The notes: generated from the sequence alone by a model not told the origin. A DNA stretch of 64,000 nucleotides from an uncultured candidatus Porisulfidus sp. (GCA_965204575.1 OZ241993.1:640001-704000); one strand, 5' to 3'; counted from the first letter of the stretch, positions 29,114 to 41,282 are shown. A program made the numbers and translations.

Positions 29114-29239
29114 AAGGTGTAAAAAGTAGACCACCGAAAATGTCCAAATCCCTCAAAAGAAATAGCACGCAGCTACTTGCACTTATTGTTATGGGGTTTT
29201 TATTTTTCTGAGTGACTTGAGTAGCCATTTTGATTAATG

Positions 29240-29316
29240 TGGTGGGCCCGGCAGGATTCGAACCTGCGACCAAAGGATTATGAGTCCCCTGCTCTAACCG
29301 ACTGAGCTACAGGCCC
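29240..29316 (-). tRNA. tRNA-Ile2 (CAT anticodon, lysidine type)
   Basis: GGGCCTGTAGCTCAG...GGGGACT-CAT-AATCCTT...GGTTCGAATCC...CCCACCA, immediately downstream of rpoD. Confidence 0.9.
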
Positions 29317-29344
29317 ACGGATGGCGTCGGAATCCAGAGCCCGG

Positions 29345-31117
29345 TCATTCCCGGTCGAGGAAACTGCGAAGCAGTTCGGAACGGCTGGGATGGCGCAGTT
29401 TGCGCAGGGCCTTGGACTCGATCTGCCGTATTCGCTCGCGCGTCACCTCGAACTGCTTGCCGACCTCTTCCAGGGTGTGATCCTGGTTCAGGTCGATTCC
29501 AAAGCGCATGCGCAGCACTTTCGATTCGCGGGGTGACAGCGTACTGAGCGCTTCGCGGATCGCTTTGGCCACCGCCGCCCGGGTGGTGGCGTCTTCCGGC
29601 AGTTCCTGCGAGGTGTCCTCCAGCCGGTCCCCGATATGCAGGTCGTCGTCGTCGCCGACCGGAGTCTCGATGGAGATCGGGTCGCGGGCGATGCTTTGCA
29701 CGCGGCGGACCTTGTTCTCGGCCAGTTCCATCCGGTCCGCCAGTTCCGCCGCCGTCGGTTCCCGTCCCTGCTCCTGCATGATCTGCCGGGAGATGCGGTT
29801 GACCTTGTTGATGGTTTCCGTCATGTGAACCGGCACCCGGATCGTGCGCGCCTGGTCGGCGATGGAGCGGGTGATGGCCTGGCGGATCCACCAGGTCGCG
29901 TAGGTCGAGAACTTGAAGCCGCGCCGGTATTCGAACTTGTCGACCGCTTTCATCAGGCCGATGTTGCCTTCCTCGATCAGGTCCAGGAAGTGCAGACCGC
30001 GGTTGGTGTATTTCTTGGCAATCGAGATGACCAGCCGAAGGTTGGCCTCGACCATTTCATCCTTGGCTTTCTGCGCCTGCACATCGGCGGTGCGCAGGTC
30101 GCTGACGATGGATTTGATGACTGGCAGTTTCAGATAATGCGTGTCTTCCAGTGCAGCCAGTTTTTTCTGGTGGGTCTCGATCTGCTTGCGCACCTCGCGC
30201 AGGTTGTTCTTGTACGAGATCTGGCGGCGCAGGCAGTTGCCGATCCAGGCCGGCTTGGAGGCGTTCTTCAGGAAGTCCCTCTCAAAGTCCTCCGCGGGCA
30301 TGCCCGCATCGAGGCAAAGCTTGCGGATGTTGGCTTCCTCCTGGCTGGCGACATGGTCCATCTGGTGCACGATTCCACACAACTCGGCAATGATGTTGGG
30401 AGGGAGGCGGAACAGGACGAAATAGTCGGCCACTTCCTGGCGGCGGCGCTGATAGGCGTTCGGATTGCGCCGGACATTGCTGTTCATGGCCCGCTTGTGG
30501 CGGTTGGCCAGTTCGCGGAAACGGGTTTGCACCTGGCGCTTGGTGGGGGAGCGGTCCTTCTTGCTGTCCTTGTTGATTTCGACCTTCTCCGGCTGGACGC
30601 GGGGATCCTCGAAGCCGAGCACGAGGTCGGCGATCTTGAGCTTCTTCTGCTTGAATTCCTCGTATTTTTCCAGCATCTTCTGGATTACGAGCGGACATTG
30701 CGCCATGGCGAAGATGGCGTTGCACTCGCTGAGTTCGATGCGCTTCGCGATCTCGATCTCCTCGGCCCGGCTCAGCAGGCTGACGGCACCCATCGCGCGC
30801 ATGTACATGCGGATGGGGTCCGAGGTGTGCGAGTCGTCCGGTTCGGGCGTCGTGTTCTCCGGAGAGTCCGGGTCTTTTCCTTCGATCTCCTCGTCGTCCC
30901 CCATGAGGTCGCTCTCCTCGTCGGGGTCCTGCTCCATGATTTCGATCCCCATGTCGGAGAGGCTCTCGACCATCAGGGAGATCGATTCATCATCGTGCTC
31001 GTCGGACAACTGCTTGTGGATCTCGACCAGCGTCAGGTGCCCCTTTTCGCGCCCGTGCGCGATCAGTTCTTCAAGAGTGTTGTCCTGGTCGGTGGGGGGC
31101 GTGGAATTTTTGCTCAT
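29345..31117 (-). CDS. rpoD: RNA polymerase sigma factor RpoD
   Basis: [45 protein letters not shown]. Confidence 0.97.
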   Translation of the reverse strand: MSKNSTPPTDQDNTLEELIAHGREKGHLTLVEIHKQLSDEHDDESISLMVESLSDMGIEIMEQDPDEESDLMGDDEEIEGKDPDSPENTTPEPDDSHTSDPIRMYMRAMGAVSLLSRAEEIEIAKRIELSECNAIFAMAQCPLVIQKMLEKYEEFKQKKLKIADLVLGFEDPRVQPEKVEINKDSKKDRSPTKRQVQTRFRELANRHKRAMNSNVRRNPNAYQRRRQEVADYFVLFRLPPNIIAELCGIVHQMDHVASQEEANIRKLCLDAGMPAEDFERDFLKNASKPAWIGNCLRRQISYKNNLREVRKQIETHQKKLAALEDTHYLKLPVIKSIVSDLRTADVQAQKAKDEMVEANLRLVISIAKKYTNRGLHFLDLIEEGNIGLMKAVDKFEYRRGFKFSTYATWWIRQAITRSIADQARTIRVPVHMTETINKVNRISRQIMQEQGREPTAAELADRMELAENKVRRVQSIARDPISIETPVGDDDDLHIGDRLEDTSQELPEDATTRAAVAKAIREALSTLSPRESKVLRMRFGIDLNQDHTLEEVGKQFEVTRERIRQIESKALRKLRHPSRSELLRSFLDRE

Positions 31118-31276
31118 AGGACAGGATGACGAGGCGCAACCTCTTATTGTACTAGAGAGACCATGCTTTTTCAGGGAAATTCTGTCAAACTGTCAAACCA
31201 AAGCTGAAATTTCCCCTTTTGCGGTTGGGTTGGCGAGCGGCAGCCCGGGGCTATACTTTTATTGGAGAAGAACAGG

Positions 31277-31625
31277 ATGCAATACCGTTGGCCGGCATTC
31301 GTGGGTGGCATTGCCGCTGGGGTTGCCATGCCGCTGTTTGCCCCGGCGACATTTGCCGGCACTTACGACCTGGTGATTGGCGAGACTACGCTTGACGCTT
31401 CCGGCACCGAGCGTCCGGCCTTGGCTATCAACGGTTCGGTCCCGGCACCGAGGCCCCCGGGAAGGGCTTGAGGCGGCGGTGCCTCCGACCCGCGACCCGC
31501 TGCTTCTGACCATGGCGGACATGGGCCATGGTCAGATGGATCACAGCGAAATGCGCTATGGCGATACGGCCGGGACGGAGCACCATGGGGGCCACCACGA
31601 AGGCCATCATGAGGGATGCCACGAA
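31277..31625 (+). pseudogene. copA: multicopper oxidase CopA remnant
   Basis: Signal + YDLVIGET...AINGSVPAP, then after a frame change PREGLEAAVPP...LLTMADMGHGQMDH (CopA Met/His-rich region); catalytic domains absent. Confidence 0.75.
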
Positions 31626-32354
31626 ATGTCACACGAAGATGTCGAGACGGGGCGTATCCTTCTGGGCGCATCGCTGACGCTCGCCTTGCTGGTTGCAGGT
31701 CCGGCCTATGGTGCGGGGGCGAAAGAAAAGCAATTCTCTTCTTTCATGATGAACCAGAACGAGATCCGTTTTGGTGCGCACGGCGGTTATACCTGGGAAG
31801 CCGTGGCCTGGATCGGCACTCACACCGAAAAGATGTATCTCAAATCGGAGGGTGAGTCGGAATCCGGCGCAGGGTTGGAGACGGGCGAGGCACAAATCCT
31901 GTACGGCTGGCAGATCTCCGATTTCCTCGATGCCCAAGCTGGCATCCGCCACGATTTCCACCCTGGGCCGACCCGCACCTATGCGGTGTTCGGCCTGCAT
32001 GGCCTGGCTCCGTATCACATCGAAATCGACGCGACGATATTCCTCAGCGAAAGGGTGGATGTCTCGGCCAGCCTGGGAGCCGAACACGACTTGTTAATTA
32101 CTCAGCAGTGGGTGTTGCAGTCGTTGATCGAGATTGATTTTGCCGCCCAGGGCGTGGATGAACTCGATATTGCGGCCGGGCCGACCGGTTTTGAGTTTGG
32201 CCTTCGGCTTCGCTATGAGTTTGCCCGGGAATTCGCGCCTTATATCGGCATCGTCTACGAGCGCGACCTGTTTGCGACCGAGAGGCTGACGGTGGAACGC
32301 GGTGAAGATCCCCAGTTGTGGTCACTGGTCTCCGGGGTTCGACTTTCTTTCTAA
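31626..32354 (+). CDS. copB: copper resistance outer membrane protein CopB (start uncertain)
   Basis: LKSEGE, DAQAGIRHD, GLAPY, DLLITQQWVLQ, GLRLRYEFAREFAPYIG. Confidence 0.85.
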   Translation: MSHEDVETGRILLGASLTLALLVAGPAYGAGAKEKQFSSFMMNQNEIRFGAHGGYTWEAVAWIGTHTEKMYLKSEGESESGAGLETGEAQILYGWQISDFLDAQAGIRHDFHPGPTRTYAVFGLHGLAPYHIEIDATIFLSERVDVSASLGAEHDLLITQQWVLQSLIEIDFAAQGVDELDIAAGPTGFEFGLRLRYEFAREFAPYIGIVYERDLFATERLTVERGEDPQLWSLVSGVRLSF

Positions 32355-32389
32355 ACCAAAGGCGGCTATGTTAAACTTTGCGGCCCCAT

Positions 32390-32465
32390 TCCCCGGTAGC
32401 TCAGTTGGCAGAGCGGGTGGCTGTTAACCACTAGGTCGGCGGTTCGAGCCCGTCCCGGGGAGCCA
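32390..32465 (+). tRNA. tRNA-Asn (GTT)
   Basis: TCCCCGGTAGCTCAG...GTGGCT-GTT-AACCAC...GGTTCGAGCCC...GGGGAGCCA. Confidence 0.95.
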
Positions 32466-32517
32466 CCTCCCCCTTGCCGGATCCAGCTTCCTTTCAGATT
32501 GGCGGGAGAGTTATCGA

Positions 32518-34413
32518 ATGGCGAGCATATTCGAGAGGCATGGTCTACCAGACCACTTATTCAACATTCCTGAGTTAGATTTCCACGAGGATCTATTTGC
32601 AGATCGTCTTGGTGGCCTATGGTTCAGGCTAGGAGCTTGGACTATCCAACCCTACCGCGATGTTCAAGGCGTTGAAAATAGGATTGAACGCCAAAGTATC
32701 ATGCTTCCACCTGGGCAGTTTTCTGAGATCTACGGCAAATTTGAATCCATTGGTAATTTGATTCATAATTTAGGAAAACCTACAAAAGTTCTGCAGTCTT
32801 ATGGAAAGGATGAGACGTATTACTATGCTCCGTTTTACCGCTTCGATTTGGGTTTAACATCAGTATCATGCGAGCCGTTGGTATTCTTGCGTTTCTTGAC
32901 TTCCAGCGTAGAACTTTACGTTAATCCCGACTTAGAGTTGTATTTTGAGCTAGAGGAAAAACCTAGCGGCATTTGGTGGGATCCATCACGTGGTTCCGAG
33001 ATACTGAGGCGTCGTGTGATTGAGAATGGAAATCTGCATGTCGTTGAGATACGGAGCGACTATTTGCAGAAATATCTTCAGGCGCGTCAACTGTCTTTGG
33101 TGGTCGCACATTATCGCCACCTCCACCTCTTTGATCCCTCTCCTGAAACCCTAGAGGCATTTGTGGAAGGAAATCTAGAACAAGGCTCTCCAGATCAGGG
33201 GGCTAAGGCAGTGTTTCAAAACTGGGGACTCAGGCAAGACGTCCTGGGATCACCATTCCTTCAGAGGAGATTGCATCTATGGTTTGAAATCAAGCCCCCC
33301 GAGATCAACATTGATGACCCATGGGCTGACGAACCACCTTTCGATCCCTACGAATTTACTCTGCCCACTCAAAGGGGGTCGGTAGCCCCGGCCCGGTGGA
33401 CGTACTTTCGGCAAGTCGAAGGGAGGAGATTCGAAGGCGAATCTGGTAACTTTCTGGATATGGTCTATTTTAGACAGGAAGTGTTATCGAAGTATGAAGG
33501 GGCTTCCGGCTTTGAGATCTCGGACACTGGCTCAGTAGAGTATCGGCACTACTGGGGACTGGTCCGGGGCATGTCGCGGATTGGCAATGAACTCATCTCA
33601 ACCGCCATCGGTGATTTTGCGGAGGGGGTTCCCTTTGAGGAGTGGCAACACTGGAAACAGCATGTTGTTGAGCCACCGAGCCCAGAAACCATAAGCACAC
33701 TCTGCGAAGAACAGACAGTACCGGATGCGGTGAATTGCTTAGTCGAGCAACTCAATGTATTGAATGAAATGTTGGCGAATCTCGCGAATGTTATGGGGGC
33801 TGAGGTCTCAGACCCGTTTTGGAACGGTTCGGTTGAAAGTTTGGCTGGCCGTCAGCTCAAATGGGTGTATCCAACGACTGCTGATGACGACGAGTTTCTC
33901 AAGCGGGCGACACTTATGTCGACATTGGTTATTGACGGGTTAATCCCGCCATCGCTTCGGGGTTTCCTTCAGACTTGGGGGGATGACTTACACCTTGATG
34001 GCCAAGGCCAATCTCTAGGTTCCCGAAAGCTTCTAGAGAGAGTCACGCTCGTTGCTGTACTGATAGAGGAACTCCAGCCTACTAGTGCAGAGATTCCCAT
34101 ATTGGTTAAACAGGCGGGAAATTGCACGAGTAGTGCAGCCGACCCTGATCTGCAGGTCGAACTCAAAAAATTGTTTGGTGACATCAGGGACGAATTGGCC
34201 CCGCTAGCGTTTCTCTATGATCTGCGGGTGCACGCCGGAATCGCACATTCCCCCAATAAGGAAGAGGTAATTAAGGCAATGAAAAAACTTGACCTTCCTG
34301 AAAGAGACTGGCATCGGACTCACTATCTTTACCTTCTCAACCTTGTCACCCAAAGCATTAGGCAAGTCGGTGATTACCTTGTAGCTGCCGCAGAGAATGT
34401 GTCTAGGCATTAA
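32518..34413 (+). CDS. hypothetical protein, possible C-terminal HEPN-like RNase
   Basis: 631-aa lower-GC ORF after tRNA-Asn; helical C-terminus with DLRVHAGIAH (Rx6H). Confidence 0.6.
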   Translation: MASIFERHGLPDHLFNIPELDFHEDLFADRLGGLWFRLGAWTIQPYRDVQGVENRIERQSIMLPPGQFSEIYGKFESIGNLIHNLGKPTKVLQSYGKDETYYYAPFYRFDLGLTSVSCEPLVFLRFLTSSVELYVNPDLELYFELEEKPSGIWWDPSRGSEILRRRVIENGNLHVVEIRSDYLQKYLQARQLSLVVAHYRHLHLFDPSPETLEAFVEGNLEQGSPDQGAKAVFQNWGLRQDVLGSPFLQRRLHLWFEIKPPEINIDDPWADEPPFDPYEFTLPTQRGSVAPARWTYFRQVEGRRFEGESGNFLDMVYFRQEVLSKYEGASGFEISDTGSVEYRHYWGLVRGMSRIGNELISTAIGDFAEGVPFEEWQHWKQHVVEPPSPETISTLCEEQTVPDAVNCLVEQLNVLNEMLANLANVMGAEVSDPFWNGSVESLAGRQLKWVYPTTADDDEFLKRATLMSTLVIDGLIPPSLRGFLQTWGDDLHLDGQGQSLGSRKLLERVTLVAVLIEELQPTSAEIPILVKQAGNCTSSAADPDLQVELKKLFGDIRDELAPLAFLYDLRVHAGIAHSPNKEEVIKAMKKLDLPERDWHRTHYLYLLNLVTQSIRQVGDYLVAAAENVSRH

Positions 34414-34599
34414 AGAATTCCGTGGACAATGGAGCTAAGGCATCTAGGGATATACCGCCGTTTTATATAGAAGCCGACTTGACATCAAACTTACCACTTC
34501 TACAGCCTGAAGGGGTAGACTCTGCCGCTGAGTTTGCAACCCTAATACATCGGCATCTTTTCGACTGGCAGGACACACTCGGTTTCTTTCACGCGCCGG

Positions 34600-35469
34600 C
34601 TACAGTTGCTGTAGCCATTCCCTGAATTCTTCGCCGAGATCTTCGCGGCGCAGGGCGTATTCCACGGAAGCTTGGAGATAGCCGAGCTTGCTTCCACAAT
34701 CGTAACGTTTTCCTTCAAACTGGAAGGCCTGGATCATTTCCTTTTGCAACTGAAGGGCGATGGCGTCGGTCAACTGGATCTCACCACCTGCACCGGGCGC
34801 CGTTTCGTGCAGGTACTCAAAGATCTTCGGGGTGAAGACATAGCGCCCAACCACACCAAGATCGGAAGGTGCCTCGTCGGCCGGGGGCTTTTCCACGATG
34901 CCGGTCAGCGTCCACAGCCGTTCACCGCACGGGTCGCCGGAAATCACGCCATAGCGCGAGATGTGTTCCAGAGGGACTTGTTCCACTGCGATCACACCGG
35001 ATCCAGAGCGCTCGAACACATCCACCATCTGTTTTAGGCAAGAGACATCTCCGCCGTCGATCAGGTCGTCTGCCAGGATGACGGCGAACGGCTCGTCGCC
35101 GACGACCGGTTCCGCGCATAGAACGGCATGGCCCAGCCCGAGCGCTTGGCGCTGGCGAAGGTAGACGCAGGTGACGCCCTCAGGGGTGATTCTCCGCACC
35201 TGCTCAAGTTGCTCGGTCTTGCCGTTGGCCTCCAGTTCTGCTTCCAGTTCGTAGGCCATGTCGAAATGGTCTGGGATCGAGCGCTTGTTGCGTCCGGTGA
35301 TGAAAATGAGTTGGTCAATCCCGGCGGCAACGACTTCTTCCACCGCATACTGGATGAGCGGTTTGTCCACGATCGGCAACGCCTCCTTGGGCACGGCCTT
35401 GGTGGCGGGCAGGAACCGCGTGCCGAGCCCGGCAACGGGAAACACCGCTTTGCGAATGCGCATGGCCAT
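34600..35469 (-). CDS. galU: UTP-glucose-1-phosphate uridylyltransferase
   Basis: [38 protein letters not shown]. Confidence 0.96.
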   Translation of the reverse strand: MAMRIRKAVFPVAGLGTRFLPATKAVPKEALPIVDKPLIQYAVEEVVAAGIDQLIFITGRNKRSIPDHFDMAYELEAELEANGKTEQLEQVRRITPEGVTCVYLRQRQALGLGHAVLCAEPVVGDEPFAVILADDLIDGGDVSCLKQMVDVFERSGSGVIAVEQVPLEHISRYGVISGDPCGERLWTLTGIVEKPPADEAPSDLGVVGRYVFTPKIFEYLHETAPGAGGEIQLTDAIALQLQKEMIQAFQFEGKRYDCGSKLGYLQASVEYALRREDLGEEFREWLQQL

Positions 35470-35709
35470 CTACGAAAAAAGACTCAAGAGCCGGAAAATA
35501 CATATTGTACTGGAGCTTCTGCGCGCCTAGTCAGAGGCGTTTTGTCCCATAAATGCTGTGTTAGAAGTGTATGGTTAGCTACTTGTAACAGTCCCTTGAG
35601 TTCTTGTAGAGGCTAGGGGCATATTTCTTTCGAAGACTATAGTACACTGAGCAAACGAGAGTTTTTCTCACAGAAAATTTGCAGCTAGAGTACTTACTCC
35701 CTCAGGAAA

Positions 35710-36711
35710 ATGAAAACACTTTTTGAGTCAGAAACTGGTTTTCTTAACCAGCTAATCTTAGGGGACGCAAAAAAAATTCTATCTACGCTACCTGATAGCT
35801 GTGTAGATTTAGTGGTCACCTCTCCTCCATATTGGACGGCTGTGGAATATGAGGAACCGACTGTCGAAAGTGTTGGCACCTATGAGGAATATCTTGCATC
35901 ATTGTTAGCCGTTTGGGAGGAATGCTTCCGTGTGTTGCGCCCAAACGGAAAAATGGCTATCAATACCCCAATTATGCCAATCCCGAAGAAAATTATAGGA
36001 GGGCAACATACTCGGCATCTGAAAAACATCAACAACGATATTGAATTCACCATTCTCAATAAAACCAAATTTCTGCGCTACAGCCTGTTCATCTGGCAAA
36101 AGCAAACATCTAAACTAATGTTTGGCAGCTACCCATACCCAGGGAACATATTAGAGAACAACACAGTCGAGTTTATTAATGTGTTTGTCAAACCTGGCAG
36201 ACCGCCAAAATTTTCCAAATTGATAAAGCAGGCTAACAAAATACTACAGGATGAGTGGATCGACTTGACTCAGCAAGTATGGTTCATGTACCCAGAAGAT
36301 ATAAAACGGGAGGGTGACCATCCTGCGCCTTTTCCAGAAAAACTGCCAGCCCGATTAATTCGTATGTATACCTATGGAGCAGCCGGGGATTTCGAAGGAG
36401 AAGTAGTGCTGGATCCGTTTTGTGGCACGGGTACAGCTTGTGCTGTCGCTAAGAGAATGAAACGGCAGTTTATTGGTATTGACATAGTAGAAAGTTATCT
36501 TGCCTACGCTCAAGACCGTGTGGAATTGGCGGGTGGTCAAACAACACCTGCCCTCTGGGTGGGACGCCCCAAATATCCTGGAAAAGCTGAATTGGACAAG
36601 ATGGCTAGTTCCTCCGAAAAAGCAGGAAAAAAGACGGCAAATCCTATGAAACACCGACGAAAAACGTACGGCCGGTCTACTCAAGAGAAGCCTCAAATGG
36701 GGCTACTCTGA
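35710..36711 (+). CDS. beta-class amino-DNA methyltransferase (probably N4-mC)
   Basis: VTSPPY motif IV before HPAPFP and VLDPFCGTGT motif I. Confidence 0.88.
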   Translation: MKTLFESETGFLNQLILGDAKKILSTLPDSCVDLVVTSPPYWTAVEYEEPTVESVGTYEEYLASLLAVWEECFRVLRPNGKMAINTPIMPIPKKIIGGQHTRHLKNINNDIEFTILNKTKFLRYSLFIWQKQTSKLMFGSYPYPGNILENNTVEFINVFVKPGRPPKFSKLIKQANKILQDEWIDLTQQVWFMYPEDIKREGDHPAPFPEKLPARLIRMYTYGAAGDFEGEVVLDPFCGTGTACAVAKRMKRQFIGIDIVESYLAYAQDRVELAGGQTTPALWVGRPKYPGKAELDKMASSSEKAGKKTANPMKHRRKTYGRSTQEKPQMGLL

Positions 36712-36766
36712 GTTTTTAGGTAATCAAAAGTTTGTTTGATTTGTCGGCGGTGTTGGTTCCATAACA

Positions 36767-38149
36767 ATGCCAAGAATCTCACATGACTGGAAAAGGTGGA
36801 TCGACCGATATACTGCGGATGGAAGTTATTGGTACGTGCCCAAGGGTAGAAGTATCTCCGATATTGAAACAATCCAGCAACAATTAAGGGTGCTTGCCCA
36901 GCTTGAAGGCAAGAAATGGAGGCAAGCACAACGTCCTTATATCAACAAGTTGATACGAGAGAATCTTTCGGAGGCGCGAGCTCGAGACGATGATCGAAAA
37001 GGTATTCCTATGGCTCGAATGCTTGCGAAAGTCTTTGAATTACTGGGATTTGCGTGGGTGGATGAAGACGAGGCCATTGTTCTAACTCCGGCGGGAGAGA
37101 AATTCATAGCATCGACTAACCCAGAAGCCGTTGTGGCGAGACAATCGAGGCGTTACCAAGTTTCCAATCCGGTTTTTGGAATGAGTTCGACCAAAGGGGT
37201 ACAAATCCATCCAGTACCGTATTTGCTTGAGATTTTATTGCAGACAAAGACCTTGACGAAGCTAGAGTATGTCCTTTTTTGTGCCAAGGCGAAAAGTTAT
37301 GGAGATGTTGATGATACTGTTGAGGGAATAAAAAAGTGGCGCAATATTGGCCCACGGTATCAGCAGACAATCATAAAAACATTAGAACAGACTACCATTT
37401 CCAAACCTCCGAATCGCCGAAAGTCCATCTACAACACGGTTAACTTGAACGCACCCTATGCGCTTGCCTTTTGGACCGCATCGAAATTGATCCAAGCCAT
37501 TCACCGAGATGGGGAAACTCTTTACAAGGTCGCTCGCGGCAAATATTCAGAAGTTCGTTCTCTCGTAAAGCAATCTCAGCGTGACGGGCAATACATCTTT
37601 TTTGAAAGCGCTAAAGATTGGGTGGCCTTTTATGGAGATCCCGAAAAGGCCCACACAAAAATGTCGGCACTGTCTTACTATTCGGATGTTGCTGATTTCG
37701 ACAGAGTTCGGGCTGTGCTCGATGAGATGCACGGCTATACCTCTCGTGAGAAGCAAAAGTATATTGAACTGATTGTCGAAGAAAAAACTGTCGAAGACAT
37801 CTTAGAAAGCAACATCGAATTAGTTGAGCCTGGCATGAGATTACTTGAGCGCCAAAAGCAGACCGAAATCGGACGCATTGATTTATTCGCCCGCGACAAA
37901 GAAGGTGTTTATACGATTATTGAATTAAAAAAGGGGAGAACTGATGACCGTGTATTTGGGCAGTTGTCCCGGTATATGGGTTGGTGCAAGAAAGTGAAGT
38001 CTAGGTCTAACCAAGTTCGTGGGATCATTATCGCTAAGACAATTGGGGAAAAATTGTGGGCTGCGGCTGATGGGCACGATACCCCTGTTGAACTTATGGA
38101 ATATGACTTGAAAATGAGTTTGGATAAAGCTCAGCGATCTATTTCTTGA
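36767..38149 (+). CDS. putative restriction endonuclease: AlwI-like N-terminus + NucS-like PD-(D/E)XK domain
   Basis: LLGF...LTPAGEKF...YQVSNP...IHPVPYLL; C-terminal IGRIDLFARD...IIELKKG...GQLSRYMGW. Confidence 0.7.
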   Translation: MPRISHDWKRWIDRYTADGSYWYVPKGRSISDIETIQQQLRVLAQLEGKKWRQAQRPYINKLIRENLSEARARDDDRKGIPMARMLAKVFELLGFAWVDEDEAIVLTPAGEKFIASTNPEAVVARQSRRYQVSNPVFGMSSTKGVQIHPVPYLLEILLQTKTLTKLEYVLFCAKAKSYGDVDDTVEGIKKWRNIGPRYQQTIIKTLEQTTISKPPNRRKSIYNTVNLNAPYALAFWTASKLIQAIHRDGETLYKVARGKYSEVRSLVKQSQRDGQYIFFESAKDWVAFYGDPEKAHTKMSALSYYSDVADFDRVRAVLDEMHGYTSREKQKYIELIVEEKTVEDILESNIELVEPGMRLLERQKQTEIGRIDLFARDKEGVYTIIELKKGRTDDRVFGQLSRYMGWCKKVKSRSNQVRGIIIAKTIGEKLWAAADGHDTPVELMEYDLKMSLDKAQRSIS

Positions 38150-38283
38150 CAACGGAAAAGCATGGCGTTGGGCTTTTTGCCATTGCTTATTGCCTGACAA
38201 TTGCAACAAAGCTAGTGTTTGTATCAGCAGAGACCCATCTCCTATGATGTGCCATTCAGCTTCATTCTGACTGGGAGAAGGCT

Positions 38284-39054
38284 ATGCACGGCATTGATAA
38301 TCTGTTGCAGATCATGCGGGACCTGCGGGATCCCGACCATGGCTGTCCGTGGGACTTGCGCCAGGATTTCAGGACGATTGCGCCCTACACGGTGGAGGAG
38401 GCTTATGAGGTGGCGGATGCCATCGAGCGGGAAGCCTGGCATGAGTTGCGTGGCGAACTCGGAGACCTGTTGCTACAGGTGGTGTATCACGCGCAAATGG
38501 CCGAGGAGAAGGACCTGTTCCGTTTCTCCGACGTGGTAGAGGCGATCTGTACCAAGATGGTCGAACGACACCCGCATGTTTTCGGGGAGGTCGGCCAGCG
38601 CAACGAGGATGAAATCAAGGCGGACTGGGAGAGGCGCAAGCATCGCGAACGGGCCGAATACGGAACGTCAGGCGTACTGGGGGGCGTGCCGAAGACGCAG
38701 CCGGCGCTGACGCGGGCGTTCAAACTGCAGAAACGCGCCGCACGGGTGGGGTTTGACTGGGAGGAAGCCCAGCAGGTGGAGGACAAGATCGAGGAAGAGT
38801 TGCGCGAATTGCGCGAGGCGCAGGATGCAGATGAGCGGGCCGCGGAAATTGGCGACCTGCTGTTCACCCTGGTGAACTATGCGCGCCATTGCGGCCTCCG
38901 TCCGGAGGAAACCCTGCACCGCGCATGCTCGCGGTTTACGCGGCGTTTCGAATCCATGGAGGCACGCCTGCAGGAGAGCGGCGAGGCGGTGGAGACGGTG
39001 TCCGCCGAGCGTTGGGAAGAATTATGGCAGGAGGCGAAGCGCGCCGAATCCTAG
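38284..39054 (+). CDS. mazG: nucleoside triphosphate pyrophosphohydrolase
   Basis: GCPWD, EEAYEVADAI, ELGDLLLQV, RHPHVF, EIGDLLF. Confidence 0.95.
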   Translation: MHGIDNLLQIMRDLRDPDHGCPWDLRQDFRTIAPYTVEEAYEVADAIEREAWHELRGELGDLLLQVVYHAQMAEEKDLFRFSDVVEAICTKMVERHPHVFGEVGQRNEDEIKADWERRKHRERAEYGTSGVLGGVPKTQPALTRAFKLQKRAARVGFDWEEAQQVEDKIEEELRELREAQDADERAAEIGDLLFTLVNYARHCGLRPEETLHRACSRFTRRFESMEARLQESGEAVETVSAERWEELWQEAKRAES

Positions 39055-39884
39055 GCGCGCTCCATCCGCATCGAAAAATCGACGGCTTGGATATCCTTGG
39101 TCAGGGTACCGAGAGAAATACGTGCCGCACCGGCGGCCGCGTAGTCGGTCAGGTTTGATTCGGTAACCCCGCCGGAGATTTCCAGCGGGATGTCCGGGCA
39201 TTCGGCCGCTGCCGATCGTGCCTGTTCCGGGGTGAAATTGTCCAGCAGGATCACGTCCGGGCGCGCTTCGCGTACGCGCTCAAGTTGTTCCAGGTTCTCG
39301 ACTTCCACGATGACCTGCGTGTCCGGATGCTGGCCGCGCGCCTCGCGGATGGCGACCTCCAGGTCGGGAAGCAGGGCCCAATGGTTTTCCTTGATCAGGA
39401 CGGCTTCCGCCAGACTTGAGCGGTGGGCCACGCCACCGCCGCAGCGTACCGCGTATTTCTGCGCGTGGCGCAGGCCGGGGAGCGTCTTGCGGGTGTCGAG
39501 CAGCATGCACGGGGCTGAATCCAGCGCTTGCGCGAACTGGCGGGTGCGGCTGGCGGTCGCCGACAGGAACTGCAGGAAGTTGAGCGCCGTGCGCTCGCCT
39601 TGCAGCAGGGCTCGGCCTGAGCCCTGAAGTTCACAGACGACGGTATCAGCGTCAACCAGGTCGCCGTCTTCGGCCTGCCACTCAAGGGCAATGGAGGATT
39701 CCAGTTGGTGGAACACTTCTGCGGCCCAAGGGATGCCGCACAGTACGGCTTGCTGCCGGCAGAGAATCGTCGCGCGAGCCGACTGCTCGGGAACCAGCCC
39801 GGCGGTCAAGTCGCCGGTCGCCTCGTCCTCCCGCAAGGCCCGAGCGACGTCCTCGCGAACTATGCCCGGGTTCGGGGTCACCAC
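39051..39884 (-). CDS. nadC: quinolinate phosphoribosyltransferase
   Basis: ERTALNFLQ, DTRKTLPGLR, LIKENH, ILLDNF. Confidence 0.95.
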   Translation of the reverse strand: MVTPNPGIVREDVARALREDEATGDLTAGLVPEQSARATILCRQQAVLCGIPWAAEVFHQLESSIALEWQAEDGDLVDADTVVCELQGSGRALLQGERTALNFLQFLSATASRTRQFAQALDSAPCMLLDTRKTLPGLRHAQKYAVRCGGGVAHRSSLAEAVLIKENHWALLPDLEVAIREARGQHPDTQVIVEVENLEQLERVREARPDVILLDNFTPEQARSAAAECPDIPLEISGGVTESNLTDYAAAGAARISLGTLTKDIQAVDFSMRMERA

Positions 39885-41210
<1,326 letters not shown>

Positions 41211-41282
41211 AACTGAACCCCCATTGCGGCCGTGCACCGCCGAATCATTCAAGGGTCATTATAAGCACGATGTCCGCGGCGC

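Noticed and set aside
29114-29239. GGTGTAAAAAGTAGACCACC as a possible IS terminal repeat or att remnant
   Set aside because: No partner repeat, transposase or duplicated tRNA 3' end found.
29636-31129. Long antisense ORFs (497 aa over rpoD; also 13-966, 13837-14895, 44221-45591, 48925-50139)
   Set aside because: Shadow frames of GC-rich genes with clear products on the opposite strand; no recognisable motifs.
31182-31198. CTGTCAAA tandem upstream of rpoD as a Pho box
   Set aside because: The period is 8 bp rather than 11 bp.
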